The position numbers and the translations under genes were made by a program. The notes beneath the pieces are model-generated. The model was given only the letters and a program-made list of their open reading frames with translations, was not told the origin of the DNA and made no database searches. This document shows positions 1-12,700 of a DNA stretch of 64,000 bases, in pieces. Every line of letters starts with the position of its first letter. The stretch's first letter is position 1. Origin of the DNA: Chrysomallon squamiferum (taxonomy: Eukaryota; Animalia; Mollusca); assembly GCA_012295275.1 (NCBI GenBank), contig CM022665.1, forward strand, positions 5,084,001-5,148,000. The letters run 5' to 3'.

Positions 1-756
1 TACCATTTATACTAATTTATTTCATTTAATCATTTAATGCTCTTAATATTTGTTTAACTATAGTAGTGTATGGTCCTTTAGAGAGATATGGGAGATAAAC
101 TATTATTCTGTGACATCATTTTGGTCTGGAAAGGTTTTTGAACCTAGGGTTTTGAAAAATTGGTGATATAACTGTATAATCATTTGTTGTCTGTAGTTTT
201 CATATATGAGAACTCAGTAAATCTTTTTTTTATTATTAATATATATATATATTTTATTTCTATTTTTATTTTTGTTTTTATTTTATTTTTATTTTGTACA
301 TGGAATCTTGTACATGATACTTCAAGCATCATATTAATATGTTAAACTCATTGCAAGACTGTCTTCTAAGAAAAATAAATATCTTAAAAGAGTTTATAAT
401 ACCAAGTTGAAGAATATTATTCTTATTTTTGGTTTTTTCATTTTGTCCAAGGTTTGAGAGTACTCTGATAAAACCACATGTTGTTTGTAAATTTACTTTA
501 TATAAATATATTAAAAAAAAAAATTGTTTTTCTTTTATATTTCCCTTAATGTTCTTATTTTTGTGCCAATGAACATGTTTGTTATATTTTGTTATTTTAA
601 TTATAAAGATCCACTCTTTTTGAAAAATTCTATTCTGAAAACATTTGAAGTGACTTATGAAAATTATAAGTAAAGAGAAAGTTATATTAAACTTATTAAA
701 AAGGAACTGATTTGGATAAATTAGACAAATTCTCATTTATGTTAAATTTAATTAGA

Positions 757-788
<32 letters not shown>

Positions 789-3700
789 TTTAAGTTTATT
801 TTTATTTTATTATTATTAATTTTATTTTTAATACTCTTATTTTTTTATGTACTGCTAGTTTTAAAATACAATACAGAAAATGTGATTCCTTAATCAAAAT
901 AATACTAAATTAAATTTGTTTAATACATTGGAAAATTGATTTTGGTTTTTAGCTGAGTAAGATGTTTTGTGTTTCAGTGCGTGTTTAGGATTGGGTTTCT
1001 TTACGGGTGTATGTGTGCGTGTGTACAAGTGTAACTTTCATAAAAGTTTTTTTTTTAAATTTTATTTTTTAGGGAGGATGGGAGGGGTGCATTGAACAAG
1101 TCATGGGAGGAGTATCTTGTGAAAAACCGCTTCAAGAATTATTTTGTTATTGTTTGTTTTGTTTTGGTTTACCACACCCACTACTATAGCAGAACAGCTA
1201 TGTTACAACCGTTACCACAATACATGCATTCCACAGCTTGCACAAATATATAGACATAGATATATATATATATATATATATATAAATATTATATACTTTT
1301 TTTTTTTTTTTTTTTTTTTTTTATATGACTTTTTGTTCTTCAGAAAAGTAATTCAGTCTGATCTTTACAATTAATGTATTAATGAAACAACTATAAATGT
1401 TTAGTTTTTGTTCATAATGAAATTTTCAGATCTTTGGTGTTGTATTTATTCATTGTATTGTCACTTGTTAATTAATGATCTCATGTCATTAAGAAAATGA
1501 AGCTTTTCTATTAGAAATCAAATTTACTATACTAGATGAATTTTCTAATAAATGAAATCTCAAAATAAAAGATTGAAATAAAAATATTTTTAATTTAATT
1601 AAAGATCAGTAAAAGTTCATTATGAAAACGTTAATAAATTATTTATAAATGGAAGAAAGATTTGATGTAATTTTTTAAAATAAATAAAGTGAAGGAGGTG
1701 CTGGAGATTATTTTAGACCTTAGATGTCTTTTATTTATATTTTGTAGTATATAGACTGTCACAAATAAATCACCAACAGTTAAATAAATAAAAGACCTAC
1801 AGTTGACATCGTAGTTACTGAAGACAGAAATTCTGTTTTTGTTTTTTAATTTGTTTATATTTTGCTGGTTTTCATGTAACATCAGTGATCTGATTCAATA
1901 TATTTCTTGTCAGTTTGGTGATAGCTGACATAATGGCAGCAAATCTTAACAATATTTGTTTTCTCAAACATTTTTAGATACCTTTATCAAATTAAACTCT
2001 CTAGTCATTAAACAAAGCAGATGTATGATATCTATGTTACAGTAAAAAATAACTAATTTTTAAAATGATTTATTAAAGTAGCATAATCCTACAAGTCAAG
2101 AAAATAAAGGTCAGCAATGTAAGTTTGTTTTAAAAAATTATTTTTTATCAGTTTAAAGACGTGAATTGAGCATTATGTGACATATCTAGAGTGTTTTTAT
2201 TACTTTCATTTAGACTTAAAAAGTTTGTAATTTAGTAAGTTTAGAGATTGAGATAAACAATTGTAGAAATCTCAAAAGTAGTGTAAAAAAGAAAAAAAAA
2301 ATTAATTTTACATTTTGTTATACCATAAAATAGTTAAACATGTTTATGAGCATACCTGTATAATGTGTTCAACAATTCTTTAAATATAATTTTATATAAT
2401 TTTATGAGTGTAAGTGTATTGTTGTTGTTATTTTATTTTTATTATTATTATTATTATTATTTTCATTATTGTTGTTAGGAATTTCAGTATAAAAAAAAAA
2501 AAAAAAATATGAAAAAGAAAACAAAAGAAGCTAATTAAGGGTTAAACAAATATGCTGAAAATTAATTAAAAATCTATTGTCACCAGTAATCACTTACAAT
2601 ATAATTATTTGTAACTGAATTGTTGACATTAAAAACAAATATTAAGATATCTACAACACATTTCTTTTCAGTATATCATTTGTTCTAAAATGTATATTAA
2701 TTTTTATTTATAGGTCAGCATAGTTACAAAATATGCTTGTCGTGCCCTGAAAGGTTGTTGTGGCAATTGTTTTGTGCTGCCTGATGTGTTGTATACACAA
2801 GGCTGTCTGTTTTATACAGAAATCAACAAGAAATTATTCTTTGATTCCTGTCTATAATTATTATGAATATATTTATTGTAAATATGGTGTGTGAGGAGAA
2901 GATTTGTATGATGTACTACAAGACTGTTGCTAAATAAAGTTTTATGATACTTTTTTTTTTTTTTTTTTTGACATTGTGTAATTTGTTTTGACATATTTTG
3001 ATCAAAATATAATTGAGTAATGATGAGCTTTATTGTTAATAACAGATAAAGTCTTTAGAGTTCAAAGTTTTAGAGTATCTTTGATGCTACATAAGTATGG
3101 CCTGAATGTACACTCAAACCTTCATTTAATGAATCCTTATTTGGCACATTTCAGAAACTTGAAATATTCTCAAATCTACTGACTATCCATGAGTTAGAAA
3201 TGCATTCCAAAAATGTCTCCTCAAGCATGCCAAACTGTTTACATTATGCATTCATGCTGTGTGCTCTTTTTTATTTTAGAATACCCAACTTTGTAACATT
3301 ATTTTCATACTGAGTGCACTGACAATGCAGCCACTAGAGATCATAGCAAAACATCAGGATAAATAAAAACTGAATTTAAAGTAATATATAAATTTAATTC
3401 TCTATCTGATTCAACATTGTGAATTTAAAGTAATATCAATTCTTATGCTATTTCTAACACTATTGAGAAAATCCAGATATTTTATTTTCTCCCCTATATA
3501 GTCTGTTAAATGTAGGTCTGACTGTACTTAATAATCAGCCAAGTTACTGGTTCCTCCAGATGAGTTACATATGAACTAACATTGGTCCAGTTCCCAACTT
3601 CAGAGGAATAAACCAGTTATATTCAGTTTCTAAATTAATTTTAAAAATATATTAAAAATCCATTCCCACTGCATTTTGTTAGCATATTTCAATTTGATAA

Positions 3701-5236
3701 GATAAATATAAAATAATAAAGACCAAAAAATGTCCAAAAAATTTATTTTAGTTTTTGTTTACTTTTGTTTTAAACATATTTTAGGACTTTAGGTTCCACA
3801 GTTTTTTAACATGTTCTATATGGGTTCTGCGAGTACAGAAGGTTTGAAAAATCCTAACTTGTATTTTCTCAAATTACCCCAGTTACTGTTTTATTTATAT
3901 TTTCATGAAATGTACTCATGGTAATATGTACACGACCCTGTATATTTAATTTTTTTCCACATTATAAAGTATGACAATAAAAAAGTAATCAAACACATGT
4001 TGGGAGTGATAATGCCATTGTTACTAATATATGGTGTTTCATCATTTGAAAAAAGAAATAAACTGTATATATGTATTTCCATCCATAATATACACGTAAA
4101 TACACATGGTTTTCAAACTGTTAGAGTACAATGAGGTTAAAGTGGCAGAGGTCACAACAGCTTGCCATCAAATAAACACTATAACATGGATGTGGAGCTG
4201 ATGGCATCAAGCACTGAAGTAAATGTGTGATAGATGCAAATGACAGACGAGGGCTTGTGAGCTCTCCCAGTGAAAAATGTTTAAATAAGAAAGGCATAAT
4301 TTAGATATAATGTGAGTATTTTTTAAGGTTATTAGTAAAACGTAAAAAAAAAAAAAAAAAAAAAAAAAAATATTTTTATTTTCAATGTAATTCTCCATTT
4401 TGAAGGGTAAAAAGTAATAAATATGTTTCCTTTTGATGACTTTTCAATCAGTGCTGTTTCATTCTATGATATTCCACTTCAGTTTGTCAGACAACTTTTC
4501 TTTCAACAATGTAATTAAGTGAGATGAGACCAGTGGTATGTAGAGGTGGGACAGACAGGTCCTGGCTGTCTTTTTCAGACAGGAGGGAGCACCCAATCAA
4601 AGAGTGAACTTAAAATTAAATGTTATATAATTTGAAATCAGCATGGCAGAAGCTGCCCTTCAGTCAAACAAGCTGGCACCAAATAATTATCATGGATGAT
4701 TTATATTTAATTTGAATAGAAAGTTTACTTCATCTGTTTTTACCCATTTAAAATACTTGGGTCTTCCTTTCTCATACAACCTAAACCCTATATTCGAGTC
4801 TTGGGGGCATACTATCAAGACTTCGAATGCCACTGGATGAGACCTAATGAAACAGAAATGTTACACCATATGTCCATTACATTTTGACTTTTATTTAACT
4901 TGACATTGTGTGTACTACAGGAACTATGCAACAGAACTAAATAGCATTTTGAAAATGAAAAGTTTGTTGGTAAACAGAAACAGTTCTCACAGCACCAAAT
5001 CTTTTCAGTCTTTTGACTGACATTCCTTTACTGTTTATATTATCAGAGAAATTATTTTTGCATTTGATCTTATATGATACATTTTCTAAAGTCTTTTCCA
5101 AACAAAACTACCAGCTATTTTTTTCTCTCCATTTGATACATTATTCATTTTGTGCACCTAATTCCCATTAAATTTTATTATTGTTGTTTTTTAATACTGG
5201 GTTTCATGAATTATATTAGGCCTGTGAAAATGATTC

Positions 5237-5880
5237 TAGGAAACAAATTCACAAAAAAAAAAAAAAAACAGGAAAAAAGTTACAGTTTTTAATTAAGATT
5301 AAGAAATATATTACCAGTTTTTTGTTAATGTTCTTTGATTTTAATGTTAGTGATTTAGGTGGATGTTCCACCCAATACCACGAAGAAATTCTGCCAGTTA
5401 CAACTAGATCTTTTGATGCATTTCCACCACAACTTTGTTTTGCGAGTTACCCCCTTGGTATAAATAAACCCCTCGTAACAGATTTTGTTACCACCCTTAT
5501 TGCCATGGATAACCTCCATATTAAACATACTTCTGATACTAGAGGAAGCTGGAGAATATATAGTGAAACACATTTTAACCAGGGACATTTTATAAATCGT
5601 TTACAATAGGAAGCCCTGAGTTTAAATCTATCCTGATCAGTAAGCTGGAACTAATCCTGCCTAACTAATCCTAATTAATAAGAGTAACAAGTCACCACCT
5701 CTGCACAATATGAAGCCCCTTTCTTTAATCTAGCCTAATCAATAAGCTTAACAATTACTCCATGCATACTATGATGCCACATTCAATACTCTACAAACCC
5801 ATACATTTTGTAACTTTTTTCCTGTGATTTTTTTCCTATAATAAATTGTCGCTTTTTTCTGTGACTTTTTTCCAGCCACC
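5237..5880 (-). mobile_element. Non-autonomous/deleted Mutator-like (MULE) DNA transposon carrying a FLYWCH zinc-finger fragment
   Basis: The minus-strand ORF 5355-5588 reads GNKGGNKICYEGFIYTK..TKLWWKCIKRSSC, the FLYWCH pattern typical of MULE transposase N-termini. It is flanked by inverted ends made of GGAAAAAAGTYACAG-type subrepeats (5237-5285) and CTGTGACTTTTTTCC-type subrepeats (5810-5880). Confidence 0.65.
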
Positions 5881-5986
5881 ATGAGAATATGCAAAAGATG
5901 TAGACAAACTCAGAACACACAAATAAAGAAAGACAAGCAGGAATATGCATTCATTTTGATTTTATTTACCAGGTTCAAAATAAACC

Positions 5987-7705
5987 TCACTGTTTGTGAT
6001 ATATGGAATTATAAGTGAATGTCCAAATGGTAAAATGTTCTAGGTCAGTTGTCTGTTTGCATGGCATTGTCATGACTGTTTGTCTGTAACCAGTGGTAGC
6101 ATCTGGATCACTGACATGCATTATACAGTTCTGGGGTTCAAACCACTCAATTTGCCCCTTCTCATTAGCATTCCATATCTGTTTTAAATCATCTCCCTGG
6201 CAAACCTCCAGTACCAAGTACCTATTTTTTACTGATATACATTTATCTTTCATTTTTATCTTACCTTCTTTTGTAATAGCCATATTGACTGCTTTGTAGC
6301 CCCAACAATCTACCATTTCAAAAGGACTAGGTATTAATCTGTCTGAGATTCCCACACACAATGAACTTGCCTTGTTTTTCATTTTGCCAAATTTTATTGC
6401 AGTTTCGGGAAATATGTCTAGTTCAGGAAATATGTTATCAATATACCATGAAAAATCTTTGCAGTTAAGTTTCTGTTGGACACGTCTAATTTTAGAATAA
6501 TCTCCTGCACCATCACTGGGAGAGACACGTCCTTCGTGGACAGCATAAAAAAACTTTTTATACTGTCCAAGCCACAAATCAGCAATCCGTTTTTCGTTGT
6601 ATAGCAAATCTTCATATGGCATATGAAACGGGTGTCCATTTTTAAAAACATGACCTACCCTTGAACATTCTAAAATTTTCATTTTCCCGCCACACATCCA
6701 AACTCTAAGGGAAAGTTCTACGTCTTCTGCACCCCATGTTTTCATATCAACATCCAATCCTCCAATATCTAAAAAGTATTTTTTATCAACTGCAAAGCAA
6801 CAGCCTACAATGGCTGGTGTAGGTATGGGATCGGAAGGAGTTCGCTTCAACACCTCTTTTGGTGGAATCGGAGCGAATGTGAATCCTAAAGTCCACTGAA
6901 ATTCACCGCGCATATTCTCCATATATTTATTATACTGAAATGTCTGCGGGTCTATGATGTCGATAGCTGGCTGAACAACAGTTCTTATATCTTTGTAAAT
7001 TTCCCATACTATCGGTTCAAGCCATCCAGCATTTACCTCTGTGTGTGAATCTAAATACACCAAGACTTGACCGTTAGCTTTTTCAGCACCCAGAACACGT
7101 GACTTCATCGTCCCAAGACGTTCACTCGACCTAATGATTTTAACCTTAACAAATTTTCGTAAATACTTTTCAAGTGGTGTTTTCAGAAATTCCAAGGTGC
7201 TCATATCGTCAATAACCATAATTTCATGCAAAAGATTAGGAGGACTTCGCAACAGCACGCTATGAATAGTCCGTAGAAGAGTGGACCATGGCTCGTTATG
7301 CATTGGAATCACAACTGAAACTGTTGGTAATGCTGAAGATGTAATTTTAATTTTCCTGCATTCATACGGTCTAGTATCTGGAATAATTCGGTTCAGTGAA
7401 ATACTATGTGAGCGTGATACGTTAATAAAAAACCTTTCAAATTTAGTATCTTTTTCGATAGGAAAGTCAGCCATTGCTTGATCTGTATCCATTATATTTA
7501 TAGATATATTGGTGGTTTTCGTTAAAACTGCTTCCAAAGGCGAGTCCTGGAATCCGTTGAATACATTTCGAACAGATAATGAATAATTTAAAATCAGTGC
7601 ATAGAAACAAATAACTAGTAATATCAGAGTAACAATCCATTTCAGACGAATATTTCTGATCTGACCCATTTTTTGTCCATATATGTTATCGGATTCACTA
7701 ACCAT
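5987..7705 (-). CDS. Polypeptide N-acetylgalactosaminyltransferase (GT27/GALNT family), single coding exon, ~572 aa
   Basis: N-terminal TM segment (WIVTLILLVICFYALIL); GT-A motifs SLNRIIPDTR, SVVIPMHNEPWSTLLRTIHSVL, DxH (YLDSHTE), WGAEDVELSLRVWMCGG and CSRVGHVF; C-terminal ricin-B lectin. The ORF-track start at 7732 is TTG; the first ATG is at 7705 (alternative 7669). A splice acceptor with a poly-T tract at 7742-7780 implies a 5'UTR intron. The orthologue number cannot be assigned. Confidence 0.93.
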   Translation of the reverse strand: MVSESDNIYGQKMGQIRNIRLKWIVTLILLVICFYALILNYSLSVRNVFNGFQDSPLEAVLTKTTNISINIMDTDQAMADFPIEKDTKFERFFINVSRSHSISLNRIIPDTRPYECRKIKITSSALPTVSVVIPMHNEPWSTLLRTIHSVLLRSPPNLLHEIMVIDDMSTLEFLKTPLEKYLRKFVKVKIIRSSERLGTMKSRVLGAEKANGQVLVYLDSHTEVNAGWLEPIVWEIYKDIRTVVQPAIDIIDPQTFQYNKYMENMRGEFQWTLGFTFAPIPPKEVLKRTPSDPIPTPAIVGCCFAVDKKYFLDIGGLDVDMKTWGAEDVELSLRVWMCGGKMKILECSRVGHVFKNGHPFHMPYEDLLYNEKRIADLWLGQYKKFFYAVHEGRVSPSDGAGDYSKIRRVQQKLNCKDFSWYIDNIFPELDIFPETAIKFGKMKNKASSLCVGISDRLIPSPFEMVDCWGYKAVNMAITKEGKIKMKDKCISVKNRYLVLEVCQGDDLKQIWNANEKGQIEWFEPQNCIMHVSDPDATTGYRQTVMTMPCKQTTDLEHFTIWTFTYNSIYHKQ

Positions 7706-7914
7706 AACGAGACTGAGAAATTGCACGTGCAACCTTTGAAGCTAAAGTATTTGAAAAAAAAAAAAAAAAAAAAAAAAAAAACGGATGATAATATTATGGT
7801 TGAGAATTAAAGCATTTAATAATATTTATTTTTCATTTTATTTATCCATTTAATATGTTATTTTATTTTATTTATTTTTAAATAATACATATAAAATTAA
7901 TTCTAACGTCATCA

Positions 7915-8186
7915 CAGTGGCGTGCAGAGGTCTGGTGATGCCCGGGGCCTACTCTTTGATTGTATGTCCCAAAGGCTCAAGTATTGGTCTAGTACTGAGA
8001 AGTATTATGAGGAAGGAAGATATTTTCAATATGTAACAACAAATGAAACATAAAATAAAAACTTTATTCGATTTAAATACAAATCAGCCAAATTTATTAA
8101 GTTCTTTTCTGTTTGAATGACACCCTCCCCCCCCATTTGGATGCCCAGGGCCACCGCCCCATCTCTATCCTCTCTGCGCGCCATTG
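7915..8186. mobile_element. hAT-type MITE, copy 1
   Basis: TIRs CAGTGGCGTGCAGAG / CTCTGCGCGCCATTG. Highly similar to the copy at 55394-55643. The 8-bp TSD is degenerate (cgtcatca / atttatca). Confidence 0.8.
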
Positions 8187-8199
8187 ATTTATCATAATA

Positions 8200-8900
8200 G
8201 TTTTGGCGATGTAGTCTGTCGCGCTTTGGTTGTTAAAGAGGCCTGAGAAACCTATTTTAAATATAGCCTATCAGCGATTTAAATCAGTGAAAATTGTTTT
8301 TCGTTCATATTTTAATATCTTTATTTGATTTTAATTAAGCAACTTAATAATATCGATATGCCTTGTCCTGTATATCGAATTCATCATATTTGTTTCAAAA
8401 TTTTGTCTTTGTTTTATCTGTAAAGGGACCTTTTATCTGCGTATGGTGTTTTTTTTTGGGGGGGTGGGGGTGGTGGTTTGTTTTTTCAGTTAGTCATTAA
8501 TTGAGGAAACATACAAGACTATATAATTATGATTCTACACCAATTTATTTTCTAGATTTCTTTAATCAGTATATGGATACTGTGTTAAGTCTAAATCGCG
8601 GGAAATCGTTTACTAACGTTAACCAGAGCAGACAACTCTGATCCATGTTTCCATTAAAGATGGCGTAATTGAATTTTCAAAAAACGTTTGTTGTAGATAG
8701 TACTCAGGAAAGTGAAAGTAGATACTAGTTTTTATTTATAATTATTATAAGCACCAAATATCAAAATGCAAACATCTTTTTATCAATAGGGGTGTTATTT
8801 TTGACGTAACAACTTAAAACGAAACAGTAAAATCTAGGAGTAGGAATGTCAAAAAATTTCAAAAATAACAGTTTCGTGTAACGTTTTTTGTATCGGAAAG

Positions 8901-8953
<53 letters not shown>

Positions 8954-9073
8954 AATAAGAGAGAATAAAAACATTAAAATCACACCAATATTTTTTAGCT
9001 TTTATATGAAAAAAAGTTGTGGCTGAACTAAATTCGCTGGTATTTTTCTTAAATCTATTGCGAAACGGTGAGT
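8200..9073. promoter_or_regulatory. Putative bidirectional promoter between GALNT (-) and the senataxin-like gene (+), including a probable non-coding first exon ending at donor G|GTGAGT (9067/9068)
   Basis: Local CpG enrichment, YY1-type AAGATGGCG (~8657) and CRE-like TTGACGTAA (~8801). A strong donor at 9068 pairs with the acceptor TCTTCAG at 9734. TSS positions are inferred only. Confidence 0.5.
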
Positions 9074-9400
9074 TGTTTCAATCATTTGGCAACATAAACA
9101 CTGAATATCTCATCGATAAAAAACTAATATATATATATATATATAACAAAATGAAGCCTTGATGAGTTCAAGAGCCATACATGATACAATAATTTAAAGC
9201 ATGTTGCTGACATTCATTAATTTTAATTAATTGCACTAATTTGTACAAAACTTTATCCACTCAGGTTATTAGTATGAGATCAAAATCATGTATATTCATT
9301 TTGGATTGTCAAATCAACTAAAGTAACTATGGTTCGGCATTTTTAATTTTTTTTTTTTTAAATTTGGATGCTGGCATTTTAGCTGTTCTTTCAGACTAGG

Positions 9401-9554
9401 CAGTGGTTCTTAAACTGTTTCACTGGTATTCTCCCTCAAGTTTTTATTGTAAAATTTCATTTACTAAATTTCCTAATGTTTTCTGTAATTTTCTTATTAT
9501 TCCTCTCGTTTAATTCACCCTTGTGTGAACAATTTACCACACTAAGAAGCACTG
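9401..9554. mobile_element. Degenerate hAT-Charlie-like MITE
   Basis: Ends CAGTGGTTCTTAAAC / ACTAAGAAGCACTG, with GACTA-containing flanks on both sides. Confidence 0.4.
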
Positions 9555-9786
9555 GACTAAAGTACATCGTTCTCATCCATTTCATGAAGTTTTTAAGCAG
9601 TTCCAAAGTGACCCCAAAACTGAACCAGATGTGAATATAATCAGTTATTGAACTGTCTTTAAAGTTTAGTCATACCTTTTATTTTCACGGTTTTAAATAG
9701 TGATCATTTTGTTTTTCTTTTGACTCATCTTCAGATCATCTGAAAACAAAATCTAAACAACAGATCATGATCCTGGTGCTGGGTGC

Positions 9787-12700
9787 ATGGCGTGTTCAGT
9801 TCTGTTACACAGATGTAATAATGAATTTATTAACCAACCATTATTACCAGACTTGAACTCTAGTATTGACCTACAAGTAACAAGAAACAGAAAAAACATG
9901 AACCCGGAGCAAAGGGAAAGCATTGAGGTGTTAAGTGATGTCTCAACTGATGATGATGTTAGGATCATTGATTTAGATGATTCGTCTGAAGATAAGGGTG
10001 GTTCACATGAGAACATAGCTGAGTCTGAGGACAATGCTTGGTTGCCTAAAGAACAGCAGGTCCAAAGTACATCAGTTTTTCATTCACAAAAACCTATGAC
10101 TTGTGAAGAAAACTTTAAAAGCAGCAACTCTTCAGTGCAAAATCAAAGACAAGACTATGTCAGTTTGACAAGTGATGAAAAAAGGTCAGAAAGTCAAACT
10201 CTAAAAAAGGTTTCTTCAAAATCCAGAAGTAAATCTTCAGTTTCTGTGTTTGAGCGAATGTCTCAACGATCAGGTGATGGAAATGAAAGAAATAAGTCTG
10301 AGGTCTCAGAATTAATGTTTACAGAGGATTATAGTTTTTCATATGAAAATCTACCCACACTGAAATGGCCAAGGCCAAGGCAAAAAAATAAACAAAAAGA
10401 TTGTAAAGAGCACCCATCAATGTCTGTTGTATTGGAAACTTCTGATAGTGACATCCCTTTAGATTATATTCTGAACATTATCGATGACCATATTGAAAAT
10501 CTTACACCTACAAAATCCAGTAAAATGAGTCGAAAAAAAAAGTCTGTTGAAAAAGGAGTTGGAAATAAAGCCCAACAATCATCAAAACTAACTAAAAAAA
10601 ATCAGAATAGTAGTTTGAAAAAAAAAAAGATAACAAGAAAGAATGATACAAAGAAAAATACAGTATCTTATTTTGATGATTTTGAAATTAAAAGTACAAA
10701 TTCTAGCGATGAATCATCAGAATCATTCAGTGAAGAATCATTTAAGGGACCATATCATAAATTTGACAACGTGAAACTGTCCAAAAGCATGTCTTATGTT
10801 TCAGAAACTAAAATTGGGTCAAACCTAGGCACAGAGTCAAGCAGTTCAAGTGTAAATGAAAATTGTTCAATTACTGGGACGTCTTTAAAGACTCCAAAGG
10901 ATATGCATGCATTAAAAAACAAAAGCCAATCATTTTGCAGTGATACGTCAAAAACAAAGAATTTCTTAGATTCTGAACGTGACTACAGAGAATGTAGCAG
11001 TGATGATGACACTCAAGAGCCATGTGATTTTGTTTACAATAAAACATTGCCAGTGAATACAGCTGTAACAAACACTGATGCAGTATGTGACTTTGATGAT
11101 GATACACAAGAGCCATTATTTGATGGATCATTTACAGGTTTAAATGAAAAAAATAAAGTAAGAGATCCTGCTGAACAAAATAACCTCCATGTATATGGTG
11201 ATAAAAACAAGAAAACAGATGAATGCATAAATAGAAATGGATCATCACCTGTACACATTAAAACAGAACCTGTAGATGTAGATGTTGGTGTATATGGATT
11301 CACCCAGGAAGATGACATTATTTACTGCTGTGGCAGCTCTGATGAAGAAGAGCTGCACAGTTTATCGCAGAAAACCTATAAAGCTACCACTCAGTCAAAT
11401 TCTGATTCTGATGATGCTGTTTTATACAAGTATTTTGATAGCAGAGATGATGTGAGGCACAAAACAGTAATAGATGAAAATGTGTATAATGAAGATACAC
11501 AAGCAGATTTGGCCAACAGTGTCAGGACTGAAGGATATACAGGTGGAAATGATTCTAGTATGTACTCAGCATCAACCCAATGTAATGAACCTTGCAGTGG
11601 ATTTAATAACAGTAAGATATTTGATAAAGTATTATCACCTAGCAACCGTCTGTACAGATTATCAGATCTTAAAAAAAGAAAACAGCCCACAATGGATGAT
11701 GTTTCTAACAATAATTTTGACAATACACGGTGCATTTCACCAGCAGGACAAATAGAGGCAGCAAGTTCAGGTGGATCCAAATCGCATTTAACTACTGATC
11801 CATATGAGTTGTCTACTCGTGCTGAAAAAAAAAGTTTTCAAGTAATAAAACAACAACCCAGAAATAAACTATCTGAGAAAAAGTTGGCTGTTGAAGATCC
11901 CTATCTATGTGCTACGCAGAAGGACAGTTACATACCTTCAAAAAGAAAACATGAAGACACTTATGACAATGATAACTATAATTCTTTAACACAAGTTGGT
12001 CAACCATCTGTGCTCACCCCAGACCACACCTTTTCAAAACGGCCATGCTTGGATCCTGTTCCCACAGCCACAGATAAGCATAATGAATTTACTGAAAAAA
12101 ACATTTTTGCCAATGATTATGATGCTGAAACTCAACTGTTGATCACAAAAGATGTATCTACTGGAGAGAGAGATTTATACAATGCATGTACTCAGGTAAG
12201 TCCTGATGAAAGTTCTGATGATGAAATTTACAATGACATGACTTTGGTGTATGATGAAACTAGGCATGAATTAAAGATGTCTAATTTCCAAGACCATCTT
12301 GAAAATGACTTTTATAATGCAAGCACACAAATTGATAACAGTTGCTGTTTGTCTGAAGTTAATACTGACATCATGCGAGCTGAAGAGAATGAGGTGAAGG
12401 AGACCAAACAAAATTTTCACATCAGTAGAAATGAAGATGTTGAAATGCCATCAGAAGAAGATGAAGAGCTGTACAATGCAATGACCCAGTTTGATCAACA
12501 AGCCAAATCTGAGACCGAAAGCAAAGAAGAAAAGATGAATGACAGCATATCTGAAAACACAATAAAAGTGACCCGCATTGGACAAATACCAACTAAAATG
12601 GTGTTAAAAAAACAGAAATGGCATTATGAAAGCAGTGATGATCCATATACTGCAGAGACACAATGTGATGAAGGACAAGGATCTGAGACAAACATAAAAG

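Noticed and set aside
329-4398. Short ORFs in the first 4.4 kb
   Set aside because: AT-rich, poly-F/poly-K low-complexity translations with no motifs and no consistent exon chain.
5322-5609. Plus-strand 95-aa ORF
   Set aside because: Antisense shadow of the FLYWCH transposon fragment.
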